DNA of 24,811 nucleotides from a virus: IMG/VR virus record IMGVR_UViG_3300010239_000003, positions 1 to 24,811 of that record; one strand, 5' to 3'. Shown piece by piece: positions 18,017 to 24,811 of this stretch (position 1 is its first letter; each line of letters starts with the position of its first letter). The notes under the pieces were generated by a model. It saw only the letters and a program-made list of their open reading frames with translations, ran no database searches and was not told where the DNA came from. The position numbers and the translations under genes were made by a program.

Positions 18017-18470
18017 TATCCCGCTCTTTATCAAGCTTCTTAAAGAACTCCTCAGCTTCTCTTAGCTTAATCTTCAAATCCAACTTCACATCACCCTTCA
18101 CATTAGCATTAACATCCTGCCTAAGAAAATCACGCCTCGCAAACTGCTGAGGATTCCTACGCTCAAGATACCACGCCGCAGCCTTCCAATCCCCCTTAAC
18201 CTTCTTCTCAGGATCGCCAACCGCCGCACGGGTGATAATAGCAAGATATTTGGCCTCTGCGATTTTCTCGGCGTTTTTTACGGCCTCCAGAAATTCCCGA
18301 AATTTTCCTCTTTTGGCGGTTTTTCCTTTCTCTTTCCAGGCGTAGTAGGTTGATACGCCGATTCCTGCGAGTGCGCAGGATTGTTCTATTGTGTATCCTG
18401 TTTTTATGTATTTGCAGATTTTTTCTTGTGTTTCGGGGGTTAGTTTGGTTTTTCTTCCTCTTTTGGCCAT
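18003..18470 (-). CDS. terS: Terminase small subunit
   Basis: GRKTKLTPE plus HTH (AGIGVSTYYAW), DWKAAAWYLERR; overlaps TerL start; AAGGAG SD. Confidence 0.88.
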   Translation of the reverse strand: MAKRGRKTKLTPETQEKICKYIKTGYTIEQSCALAGIGVSTYYAWKEKGKTAKRGKFREFLEAVKNAEKIAEAKYLAIITRAAVGDPEKKVKGDWKAAAWYLERRNPQQFARRDFLRQDVNANVKGDVKLDLKIKLREAEEFFKKLDKERDNETE

Positions 18471-18473
18471 TTT

Positions 18474-18830
18474 TTACAACTCCTTTATCATTTTTTTGGT
18501 GATTTTTTCGTTTATAATCTTTTTTTCTTCTTCAGTTAGGTTATAGAGTTGGTATATGATGTTGTCTATTTCTGTGTAGAGTTCTTCAATCCTTTTTTCA
18601 TTGATGGGCTTTCCCTGTTTTTTTAGTTCTAAGATTTGGTCAACAAGATCTTCTATTTTCTCTGCAAGATATTTGTTCTTTTTTGTGATGCTGGGGATGG
18701 GAAACCTTTTTATAAATTCTCCTTTTATTTCGCCTTCGATTCCACCACCCATGTAGAATCTGTAAAATGCAAACTCAAAAAACTTAGAATTGAAAATACC
18801 AAGAAGAAATTTAGGATTTTCACTAATTAA
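18474..18830 (-). pseudogene. C-terminal fragment of a type IIG (Eco57I/TaqI_C-like) restriction-modification protein
   Basis: FLLGIFNSK...IKRFPIP...IEDLVDQILELKK...EIDNIIYQLYNLTEEEKKII; no methyltransferase or nuclease motifs; no good start before internal ATG 18752. Confidence 0.7.
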
Positions 18831-19087
18831 ATGCTCAGTTTTATGAGAAAGCTTATTATTATCGTTATGCACCCTGTTACAAAGATGAAAAGCAACCTAT
18901 CTATCTTAGCATCGATCTCCTTGATCCTATGCCTCAAATCATTTATATCATTTCTCGTAATGCCATTTAAAGTTTTTTTGGATTCTGCAAAGCCTATCAT
19001 CTTCTCCTTGAATTCAAAAAGTTCATCAAAATCTTCTTTCCTCAAACAATGAAAAATGGCCTCTCCGTTAGACTTCTCCTTGTCCAT
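18827..19087 (-). CDS. Coiled-coil protein with C-terminal TM helix (XhlA-like, possibly lysis-associated)
   Basis: 86 aa from ATG 19087 (GAGGT SD); heptads followed by LLFIFVTGCITIIISFLI. Confidence 0.7.
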   Translation of the reverse strand: MDKEKSNGEAIFHCLRKEDFDELFEFKEKMIGFAESKKTLNGITRNDINDLRHRIKEIDAKIDRLLFIFVTGCITIIISFLIKLSI

Positions 19088-19220
19088 ACCTCGCCCCCTG
19101 ACTAATGTACCCTGCGATAGCACCGATACAAGCCGCTGCAAGCTCAGTATTCCTTGTCATAATACATAGAGCACCAAGCACTCCTAAAATCACTAAAACA
19201 ACAAGCAAATCCTTGTCCAT
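19068..19220 (-). CDS. 50-aa two-helix membrane protein (holin-like)
   Basis: Below the ORF-track cutoff: MDKDLLVVLVILGVLGALCIMTRNTELAAACIGAIAGYISQGARYGQGEV*; GGTGGTGG SD. Confidence 0.7.
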   Translation of the reverse strand: MDKDLLVVLVILGVLGALCIMTRNTELAAACIGAIAGYISQGARYGQGEV

Positions 19221-19249
19221 CAAGAACCACCACCTTTACAATTTTTTTA

Positions 19250-19399
19250 TTAGAATATGATGCCAAAGTCGAGTGTTAATTTAATCCCTGCAGTATATCC
19301 GTTTGCAGCCGCTACAACAAGGCCACATGATTTACATATGATATACCAATCATCTGAGCGTTCAAATTTTTCTGATTCGCAACAGGGGCATTTTGTCAT
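19250..19399 (-). CDS. TFIIB/TFB-type zinc-ribbon protein (49 aa)
   Basis: Below the ORF-track cutoff: MTKCPCCESEKFERSDDWYIICKSCGLVVAAANGYTAGIKLTLDFGIIF*; CPxC-x17-CxxCGLVV. Confidence 0.75.
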   Translation of the reverse strand: MTKCPCCESEKFERSDDWYIICKSCGLVVAAANGYTAGIKLTLDFGIIF

Positions 19400-19456
19400 G
19401 CACAGCAACTCTTTCTTTATTATTATTATGTGACTTGCATCCAGAACTTTCTTTGG

Positions 19457-19861
19457 TCAAAAACTTGGCAGATCGCTCTTTACAATGCGTAGGCCCTCCA
19501 ATGGCATTAGTTTCATGTAACAGTCAAGCAGGTTCGTTAAAATCCGAATATACATATCCTTAGTAAGCCCAACCTCCTTAACAACCCTATACCATCCAAA
19601 ATCTATACTATGATGGCTATTCTTCGATTTCACAAAAAAAGAAAGGGCCACAATGATCTGTTCACTCGTAGCCCTGCTGTGAAGCTTGTTAAGGCCAAAA
19701 CGGGAGATTAGATAGTGTACTTGTTCCTTATCAGATTGAGTCAACGACATTCTTTCTGCGATGACATCAATATCCCTTTTATATTGTGACAACCTCCATT
19801 TTTTCTTGTTCCCATGCTTAGAATCAAGAACAAGAAGCCGTTTAAATCGTGCACGTTCCAT
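19457..19861 (-). CDS. TFB-like protein (B-linker plus a single cyclin repeat)
   Basis: RLSQYKRDIDVIAERMSLTQSDKEQVHYLI...KLHSRATSEQIIVALSF aligns by eye with TFB core repeat 1 (NL..AL.EL.RI...L.LP....E.A..LY...L..GRS.E...AA..Y). Confidence 0.6.
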   Translation of the reverse strand: MERARFKRLLVLDSKHGNKKKWRLSQYKRDIDVIAERMSLTQSDKEQVHYLISRFGLNKLHSRATSEQIIVALSFFVKSKNSHHSIDFGWYRVVKEVGLTKDMYIRILTNLLDCYMKLMPLEGLRIVKSDLPSF

Positions 19862-20027
19862 TAGGCTTCAACCCCTTTTTGGCCTCAATTAAAAGCCTGA
19901 AATCCCGCAAGGCATCATGTGCATCGAATTCACCATTACGCAACAAAACGGTTTCTATAATCTCCAAATCAGCTAAATAAGCTTCAATGACTTCTTTGTT
20001 GCATTTAAATTCCACAACATTGTCCAT
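19842..20027 (-). CDS. Hypothetical protein (61 aa), first gene after the promoter
   Basis: GTGGTGGAT SD before ATG 20027; overlaps the next gene. Confidence 0.65.
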   Translation of the reverse strand: MDNVVEFKCNKEVIEAYLADLEIIETVLLRNGEFDAHDALRDFRLLIEAKKGLKPNGTCTI

Positions 20028-20078
20028 GTTATCCACCACACAAGATTATTCCTTTAATTATTATATTCGATTTCCACC

Positions 20079-20094
20079 TTTATATATGCGTTTT
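20079..20094 (-). promoter_or_regulatory. Archaeal promoter (BRE plus TATA)
   Basis: AAAACGCA-TATATAAA about 50 nt upstream of ATG 20027, directly after a terminator. Confidence 0.7.
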
Positions 20095-20106
20095 AAGAGC
20101 ATATGC

Positions 20107-20123
20107 AAAAAAAAAGGAAAAAA
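20107..20123 (-). terminator. Oligo-U terminator ending the early/replication operon
   Basis: TTTTTTCCTTTTTTTTT starting 4 nt after the stop at 20127. Confidence 0.7.
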
Positions 20124-20126
20124 GGA

Positions 20127-20426
20127 TTAAAAAGTTGTTACACAAACATCAGCGATACCATAATCGGCGTTTGTGCTTCTTTCAGCAAGTACTTCCCCGT
20201 TTTTGAGAATACGCACCGTTAAATTCTCAGAGCCACCATCCATTTTTTGGAAAAGTGCAGAAACAATACTGGGATTGTCAGGGACATCAAATGTTTGTGG
20301 ACCGGTCCCTGAAACGCTTTGATCACCATTTTCATCGCCGTATGTGCCTTCCCAGTATCCGGGGTAGTCTACTTGCACTTGTATCTTGTTTTGGCCATCT
20401 GTGCTTGGTATCGTTTTTTGTTTCAT
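20127..20426 (-). CDS. Hypothetical Gly-rich beta-sandwich protein (99 aa)
   Basis: GGAGG SD, TAATG overlap; acidic, beta-strand pattern; no signal peptide or TM seen. Confidence 0.7.
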   Translation of the reverse strand: MKQKTIPSTDGQNKIQVQVDYPGYWEGTYGDENGDQSVSGTGPQTFDVPDNPSIVSALFQKMDGGSENLTVRILKNGEVLAERSTNADYGIADVCVTTF

Positions 20427-20896
20427 TATAAAACCTCCCATTTGCCTCTTAAAACGCTTTTGTACAATTCTTTCTCGGTTTCAGTTAAGAGTTTTGGATT
20501 AAGCTCAGATCTTGCAAAAACCTTCATAACATCCTTCATATTGATGATGACATTACCAGATTGATCTTTTTTAACATTAACTGGTTTTTCGATGTTATCA
20601 ACAATACACAAAGACTTGAGAACCTTATTTTTGTTTTTTCGGGGCTTTTTATATTTATGTCGTCCCAATTTGCGATTGCATTCATCACAGAAACTCTTTC
20701 GAATGATATGCCCCTCAGCACTCCTTAAAACCGGAAACAAACCATATCTTTTAGGTTTTCGACATTCAGAGCACAGTACAACGTCGTCTGGCTCTAAGCA
20801 CTTAAAACAAACAAATCCATAAATAGCGTTTCTACACGCCCTATATTCCCCACAACGTATGCAGTTGGTCCTTTTACGTATAACTTTTCGAACCAT
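20426..20896 (-). CDS. Basic Cys-rich zinc-finger protein
   Basis: Four CxxC pairs (CIRC, CFKC, CSEC, CDEC); GAGGTG SD before ATG 20896. Confidence 0.7.
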   Translation of the reverse strand: MVRKVIRKRTNCIRCGEYRACRNAIYGFVCFKCLEPDDVVLCSECRKPKRYGLFPVLRSAEGHIIRKSFCDECNRKLGRHKYKKPRKNKNKVLKSLCIVDNIEKPVNVKKDQSGNVIINMKDVMKVFARSELNPKLLTETEKELYKSVLRGKWEVL

Positions 20897-20911
20897 ATTC
20901 CAACACCTCAT

Positions 20912-23467
20912 TTAAACAAGTATTATGCCTTCATCAATCAAAAAGGCTAACATATGGTCTGGAATTTGAATATACCCAAGTGTTCTTTCTTCAATATACC
21001 CTTTTGCCTTTAAATTGTTTATTTCTCGATGTACATCGTCTAAAAGCGTTTCATCATCAACAACCCATTTAATTAACGTTCCAAGACCACACTGACCATT
21101 ATTGTTCTCCATTTCATCATAGACAACTCTAAGTATCTTTTTGGCAAGATTGGAAAATTCTTGATCATTTTTAACATCATCTTCATCAAAATCATCTACA
21201 TTTTCCTCTGAGCTATCGGGGTAAATTTTGGCATCTTCAAATTCGATTTCAAGGCCTCTTTGACTTGCTCTTTTGAATGCAAGCTTCATATCAATGAAAT
21301 ATGTGGTTTTACCATCTATACGCTTTTTATTCTTTATAATACCTCTTAATTTCTGCATAATCGCTGAAATCTTCTGCACAGTGAATTCTTCACCAAATTC
21401 ATCACGTAATCTTTCTTGTATGTCTTGTACCCGCACTTCTTTCAGTTTTTCCCTAATAATCATCTGTAAAACACTATCTTCTAATTCAAGACTGTCTTGT
21501 TTCCTCAACCTTGAATACATCACCCCATATTCATACAATTGATTAAACAAGTCATCTGAGTCCCTTTCTCCATCAATGAGGGCTGCTAATGCAAGTAACG
21601 GTGACAATTTGTTCCAATCCCTGCCATAAATCTTATCATGTTGATCATACAAGTTCACATAAGCCAAATAAGCCTTCTTAGCATATTTAAGGCCAATCAA
21701 GTGCAAATCAATGAATAATTCATCAAACGCCTCATCCATACCCATCCTACGATAATTTCCAGCGAAATGAGAATCCTTTGGAGCTTCTTCCATGATTATA
21801 ATGATTCCTTTCTCATCAAGCACATCATTAACTTCTCTTGTTCCGATAGCGATAGGAACGCTTGCATTGAAAGAATCCAAGTCCATGGTCTCTTTGTTTA
21901 TCCTTTCAACTGTGCTGTCCCTGTACCAAGCGTTTTCAAGATATTGCCGATAGATTTGATCTTTCACAGGATTTTCAAAAATTTCTTCGTAGTGTTCAAC
22001 GAACATGATCCCTTTGAGCCCGCTGGCCTTCCTGAACATCACAGCCTCCGTTGAATCAGCTGACACTTCACCGGGGCCTTGGAAACATGTTTTTGAGAGG
22101 AATGAGAGTGTTGTTGATTTTCCAACATTCCTTAGACCAAACAAGACGATGTAAGGATACCAAATGAAAATTTGGCGCATGTAAGTGCCTATAATCCATA
22201 AAGCCAGCAGGATGTACTCTCTTTTATCGCTGAAATAAATATACTCCTCTAACAAGCCATATAACTTGTCAAAAACCCGTGATAATGTCAAATCTGTCAA
22301 ATCTTTACGCTTAGGGATGCCCTTTTTATTCCACTCATTCAACATGCGAATTATCGTTTTTTCAACCCTTTTTGGCGGTTTTATCTTAGCCCCGTCTATG
22401 CGTGCTATTTTAGGATCAACCTTCTTCCAATCCTTTATATCCCTATCGTTGATCCCCACACTGATACCATCCTTTGAAAAGACAAGAAAAGCATCCTTTT
22501 TAGGATTGTACCAAGAATAATAGAGCTTTTGAGAATCCACATCAAAATATTGCCCCGCTTCAATTTTTGGCCTTTCCTCAACAAAATCTTCAAAAAGATC
22601 TTCAACAGTAACCCACTCAGGTTTTTTCTTTGATTTCCCACTTTTTTTATTGGATTCATGCCTTACACACTTCTTACATACAGAATGGCCAATCTTAAGG
22701 GCCTCTCTAAGTTTTTTACAAGTGTGTGGCTTCAATTTCCCATTTTCAATCTTTTTCCTTGTTGTTTCAAGCAAACGAGTGATCTTGTACCCATCATAAT
22801 CTGGAAACTGCTTAAAGAAGTGCTTGGCCTCAGAAACGCTTAGAGAAGTGCGCATAAGGAAATTGGCAAACACCATGTTCTCCTTATCATCCAATGGATG
22901 ATCTCTACCCTTTAGAAACTGTTTAACGCACTCATAATCAAAAAATTCAAATTCTTTTTCAAGACTTTCAAAAAAAGCAACAAAATCATGCACAATCTCA
23001 TTATCCTCTTTTATAGGCCTCCTAAGTATAGTGGAATAATTAGATGAATTAAACCACCCAAAGACCGGAGCAGCATCATCTAACAGAATATCCACGCCTA
23101 ACCGATCCGAATTACGTCGTTTCACAATATTTGCGACCTCTTCTGAAAAAAAGAAAGTATAATATTCATTCCCAAGCATACCAGTCGTAAAAGTCTCAAA
23201 ACGGCCACCAAACCGCTCAACAGCCAGAAAATACAAAAAGGGATTCTTAAACCTGATTGCAAGAAGATTAGCAGGACCACAAAGATATCCATAGGCAACC
23301 GCATTGTCTTCATAGAGTTCATAGATATCTACAGGGCCTGCACTCTTTTTTCGAAATTCTTGCAAGATATCAAAATTGATGATCTTTTTCTCAGAATCAA
23401 AAAAAACAACTGTTAAACTGTATTTTTTTCTACAACTGTCATTAAGTGCTCTATTTAATATTTTCAT
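20912..23467 (-). CDS. Replication protein: degenerate AEP prim-pol domain, PriL-CTD-like domain, P-loop ATPase/helicase and winged helices
   Basis: YGYLCGPANLLAIRF / TFTTG...YYTFF / GVDIL prim-pol-like motifs; FANFL...F..FPDYD...KPHTCKKL...CKKC; Walker A GLRNVGKS and Walker B-like MFVEHYEE. Confidence 0.7.
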   Translation of the reverse strand: MKILNRALNDSCRKKYSLTVVFFDSEKKIINFDILQEFRKKSAGPVDIYELYEDNAVAYGYLCGPANLLAIRFKNPFLYFLAVERFGGRFETFTTGMLGNEYYTFFFSEEVANIVKRRNSDRLGVDILLDDAAPVFGWFNSSNYSTILRRPIKEDNEIVHDFVAFFESLEKEFEFFDYECVKQFLKGRDHPLDDKENMVFANFLMRTSLSVSEAKHFFKQFPDYDGYKITRLLETTRKKIENGKLKPHTCKKLREALKIGHSVCKKCVRHESNKKSGKSKKKPEWVTVEDLFEDFVEERPKIEAGQYFDVDSQKLYYSWYNPKKDAFLVFSKDGISVGINDRDIKDWKKVDPKIARIDGAKIKPPKRVEKTIIRMLNEWNKKGIPKRKDLTDLTLSRVFDKLYGLLEEYIYFSDKREYILLALWIIGTYMRQIFIWYPYIVLFGLRNVGKSTTLSFLSKTCFQGPGEVSADSTEAVMFRKASGLKGIMFVEHYEEIFENPVKDQIYRQYLENAWYRDSTVERINKETMDLDSFNASVPIAIGTREVNDVLDEKGIIIIMEEAPKDSHFAGNYRRMGMDEAFDELFIDLHLIGLKYAKKAYLAYVNLYDQHDKIYGRDWNKLSPLLALAALIDGERDSDDLFNQLYEYGVMYSRLRKQDSLELEDSVLQMIIREKLKEVRVQDIQERLRDEFGEEFTVQKISAIMQKLRGIIKNKKRIDGKTTYFIDMKLAFKRASQRGLEIEFEDAKIYPDSSEENVDDFDEDDVKNDQEFSNLAKKILRVVYDEMENNNGQCGLGTLIKWVVDDETLLDDVHREINNLKAKGYIEERTLGYIQIPDHMLAFLIDEGIILV

Positions 23468-23496
23468 ATGTACCATCCACCACACACTAAATTAAA

Positions 23497-23548
23497 GATT
23501 GTAGAACCCCCCAAAAAAATGTGCTGATGCACTGGGGGTTCTATAATC
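23497..23548. repeat. Intergenic inverted repeat (15-bp arms, one mismatch) with nested mini-hairpin
   Basis: GATTGTAGAACCCCC ... GGGGGTTCTATAATC enclosing GTGC-TGAT-GCAC and an A7 tract. Confidence 0.85.
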
Positions 23549-23556
23549 ACAAACTA

Positions 23557-24489
23557 TTATTTTTGTTTTTCTTTTATATATTTTTTTAGACGCTCAAAAT
23601 CATCTTTGCTTAATTCTCCTTCTTTTGTTTTTTGCATTGCAAGCAATGTGACAGTCCCTTTTGTCACAGCCTTCCCATCAGCTTCCAATTCACTTGATAA
23701 TCGTTCATAGATCTCTGCTACATTTGAACCGCTTGTATCTTCATTTTCAACAGCATCCACTTCTTTATCACTGCCATTTTCTAAAGAATCTGTTGGGGTT
23801 ATCGGTTCAAGATCTACTGAATCTATGACCTTAGATCCCTTATTAACCTTAGCAGAACCGTTTGTTTCTTGAATAAGGATATTTTCATTGTTTTGTAACT
23901 CAATGGACTTGTCTAATTCCTCCCTGATATAAATCCCTGATATATTGAATTGCCTACGCAAAACAAAGACTTCTGCAACCTTCTGAATCATAGCGGACGG
24001 ATATTTCTGCCAAGCACTGGAACGAGGATTAGCATACTCCTTGAAGTCAACAAAGGCCACACAAGGAGTATAACCCTTCCTATAGGCTATAGCCCATGCC
24101 CCAAGGATTTTACCACGCTTAGTGCCAAATCTATGGATAACTTTACCACGTTCGGCGTCTATCTCAAAAACATCCCCTTCACGCACTACAAAAGAATTCA
24201 AGCCCTGATACTCAGGATTTTTCATTGCAACCTTCAAATAACCATCCCTTGAAACAATGTAAGTGGGTTCAGGTTTCCCACCTTTCGTTTTTGGCACTTT
24301 CAGAAAGTATATTTCCTTAAGTAGCGGGTCAAGATCGTACCGATTGGCCATATACAAGAACATAGCCAGTTCTTCATCGGTTGCGCCGGGGGCAACCGTC
24401 CTTTTAATCAAATCCAATGTCTCCTTAGGCATTTGCCTAAAACGTTCTGCAGCAATGCTTATTTTGTCCGTAATCTTATTCCCCATCAT
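23557..24489 (-). CDS. bet: Bet/RecT-family single-strand annealing recombinase
   Basis: ATDEEL.MFL..A..Y.LDPLLKEIYF, IVSRDGYLKVA, WQKYPSAMIQKVAE...LRRQF; GAGGTGA SD before ATG 24489. Confidence 0.85.
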   Translation of the reverse strand: MMGNKITDKISIAAERFRQMPKETLDLIKRTVAPGATDEELAMFLYMANRYDLDPLLKEIYFLKVPKTKGGKPEPTYIVSRDGYLKVAMKNPEYQGLNSFVVREGDVFEIDAERGKVIHRFGTKRGKILGAWAIAYRKGYTPCVAFVDFKEYANPRSSAWQKYPSAMIQKVAEVFVLRRQFNISGIYIREELDKSIELQNNENILIQETNGSAKVNKGSKVIDSVDLEPITPTDSLENGSDKEVDAVENEDTSGSNVAEIYERLSSELEADGKAVTKGTVTLLAMQKTKEGELSKDDFERLKKYIKEKQK

Positions 24490-24539
24490 TTTTTTCACCT
24501 CACCCCTTTTTTTATAATTCCATTTCTTCCATTTCATCC

Positions 24540-24788
24540 TCAACCTCCCAATAGACTTCTTTCATCTTCTTGTAGATTTTGCCAATGTCGAAGGCTATTT
24601 ACCCTTTTTTTGATGGGGGAGACTTCTCCGGTCTCCTCCATCTCATCCAATCTTTTTTTTAGGGCCTCCCTAACGATTTGACTTCTACCTTTCCCCGTTT
24701 GATCGGAGTAGGAAATAAGTCTTTCCATATCCTCAACGGGGATGTAGAAACCCCTTAAAACCGTAAGGGACTGTTTTGGTTTTTGCAT
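24540..24788 (-). CDS. Ribbon-helix-helix (CopG-like) transcriptional regulator
   Basis: RGFYIPVEDMERL...TGKGRSQIVREALKKRL; GAGGTGAT SD. Confidence 0.8.
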   Translation of the reverse strand: MQKPKQSLTVLRGFYIPVEDMERLISYSDQTGKGRSQIVREALKKRLDEMEETGEVSPIKKRVNSLRHWQNLQEDERSLLGG

Positions 24789-24811
24789 ACTATCACCTCA
24801 CAATTTTTTTT

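Larger units (their letters stand above)
1..24811 (-). mobile_element. Tailed archaeal virus/provirus segment (replication, packaging, head and tail modules); probable Methanobacteriales host
   Basis: Co-oriented canonical order terS-terL-portal-MuF-protease-MCP-neck-tail tube-chaperone-tape measure; archaeal SD, TATA and tRNA signals; no ends or att sites in window. Confidence 0.95.

Noticed and set aside
24490-24543. N-terminal extension MRMKWKKWNYKKRGEVKK of Bet, and similar MWWM extensions elsewhere
   Set aside because: These are translated SD/intergenic sequence; true starts lie downstream of GAGGTGA or GGTGG motifs
945-24788. Genome-wide UGA-to-Trp recoding
   Set aside because: Genes are intact under the standard code; TGA stops are often doubled (TGA TGA, TGA TAA) or overlap the next start

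Overview
The window is an internal ~25 kb segment of a tailed (Caudoviricetes, siphovirus-like) archaeal virus or provirus, with every credible gene on the minus strand. The host is most likely a pseudomurein-walled methanogen (Methanobacteriales). Support: GGTG-type ribosome-binding sites, a BRE/TATA promoter, an intron-containing archaeal tRNA, TFB-like proteins and a PeiW/PeiP-like domain. In transcription order (right to left): RHH regulator, Bet/RecT recombinase, primase-helicase-like replication protein with a degenerate AEP domain, two hypotheticals, terminator and promoter, a TFB cyclin-like ORF and a separate TFB-type Zn-ribbon ORF, two small membrane proteins, a type IIG R-M C-terminal remnant, terminase small and large subunits, portal, a MuF minor head protein with a C-terminal HEXXH zincin domain, four small unknown ORFs, prohead protease/scaffold, major capsid protein, three neck/tail-completion genes, tRNA-Trp(CCA) with a 19-nt intron, tail tube, a coiled-coil protein, tail chaperone with a probable +1 frameshift, tape measure protein with a Cys-His-Asp domain, and a lectin-like tail protein running off the left edge. 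The best candidates for new biology are the MuF-zincin effector with its four-gene cassette, the split and reordered TFB-like module at the head of the late operon, and the spliced tRNA-Trp inside the tail operon. All functional calls come from motif recognition by eye; no database search was run. No integrase, att site, CRISPR array or endolysin gene was seen.
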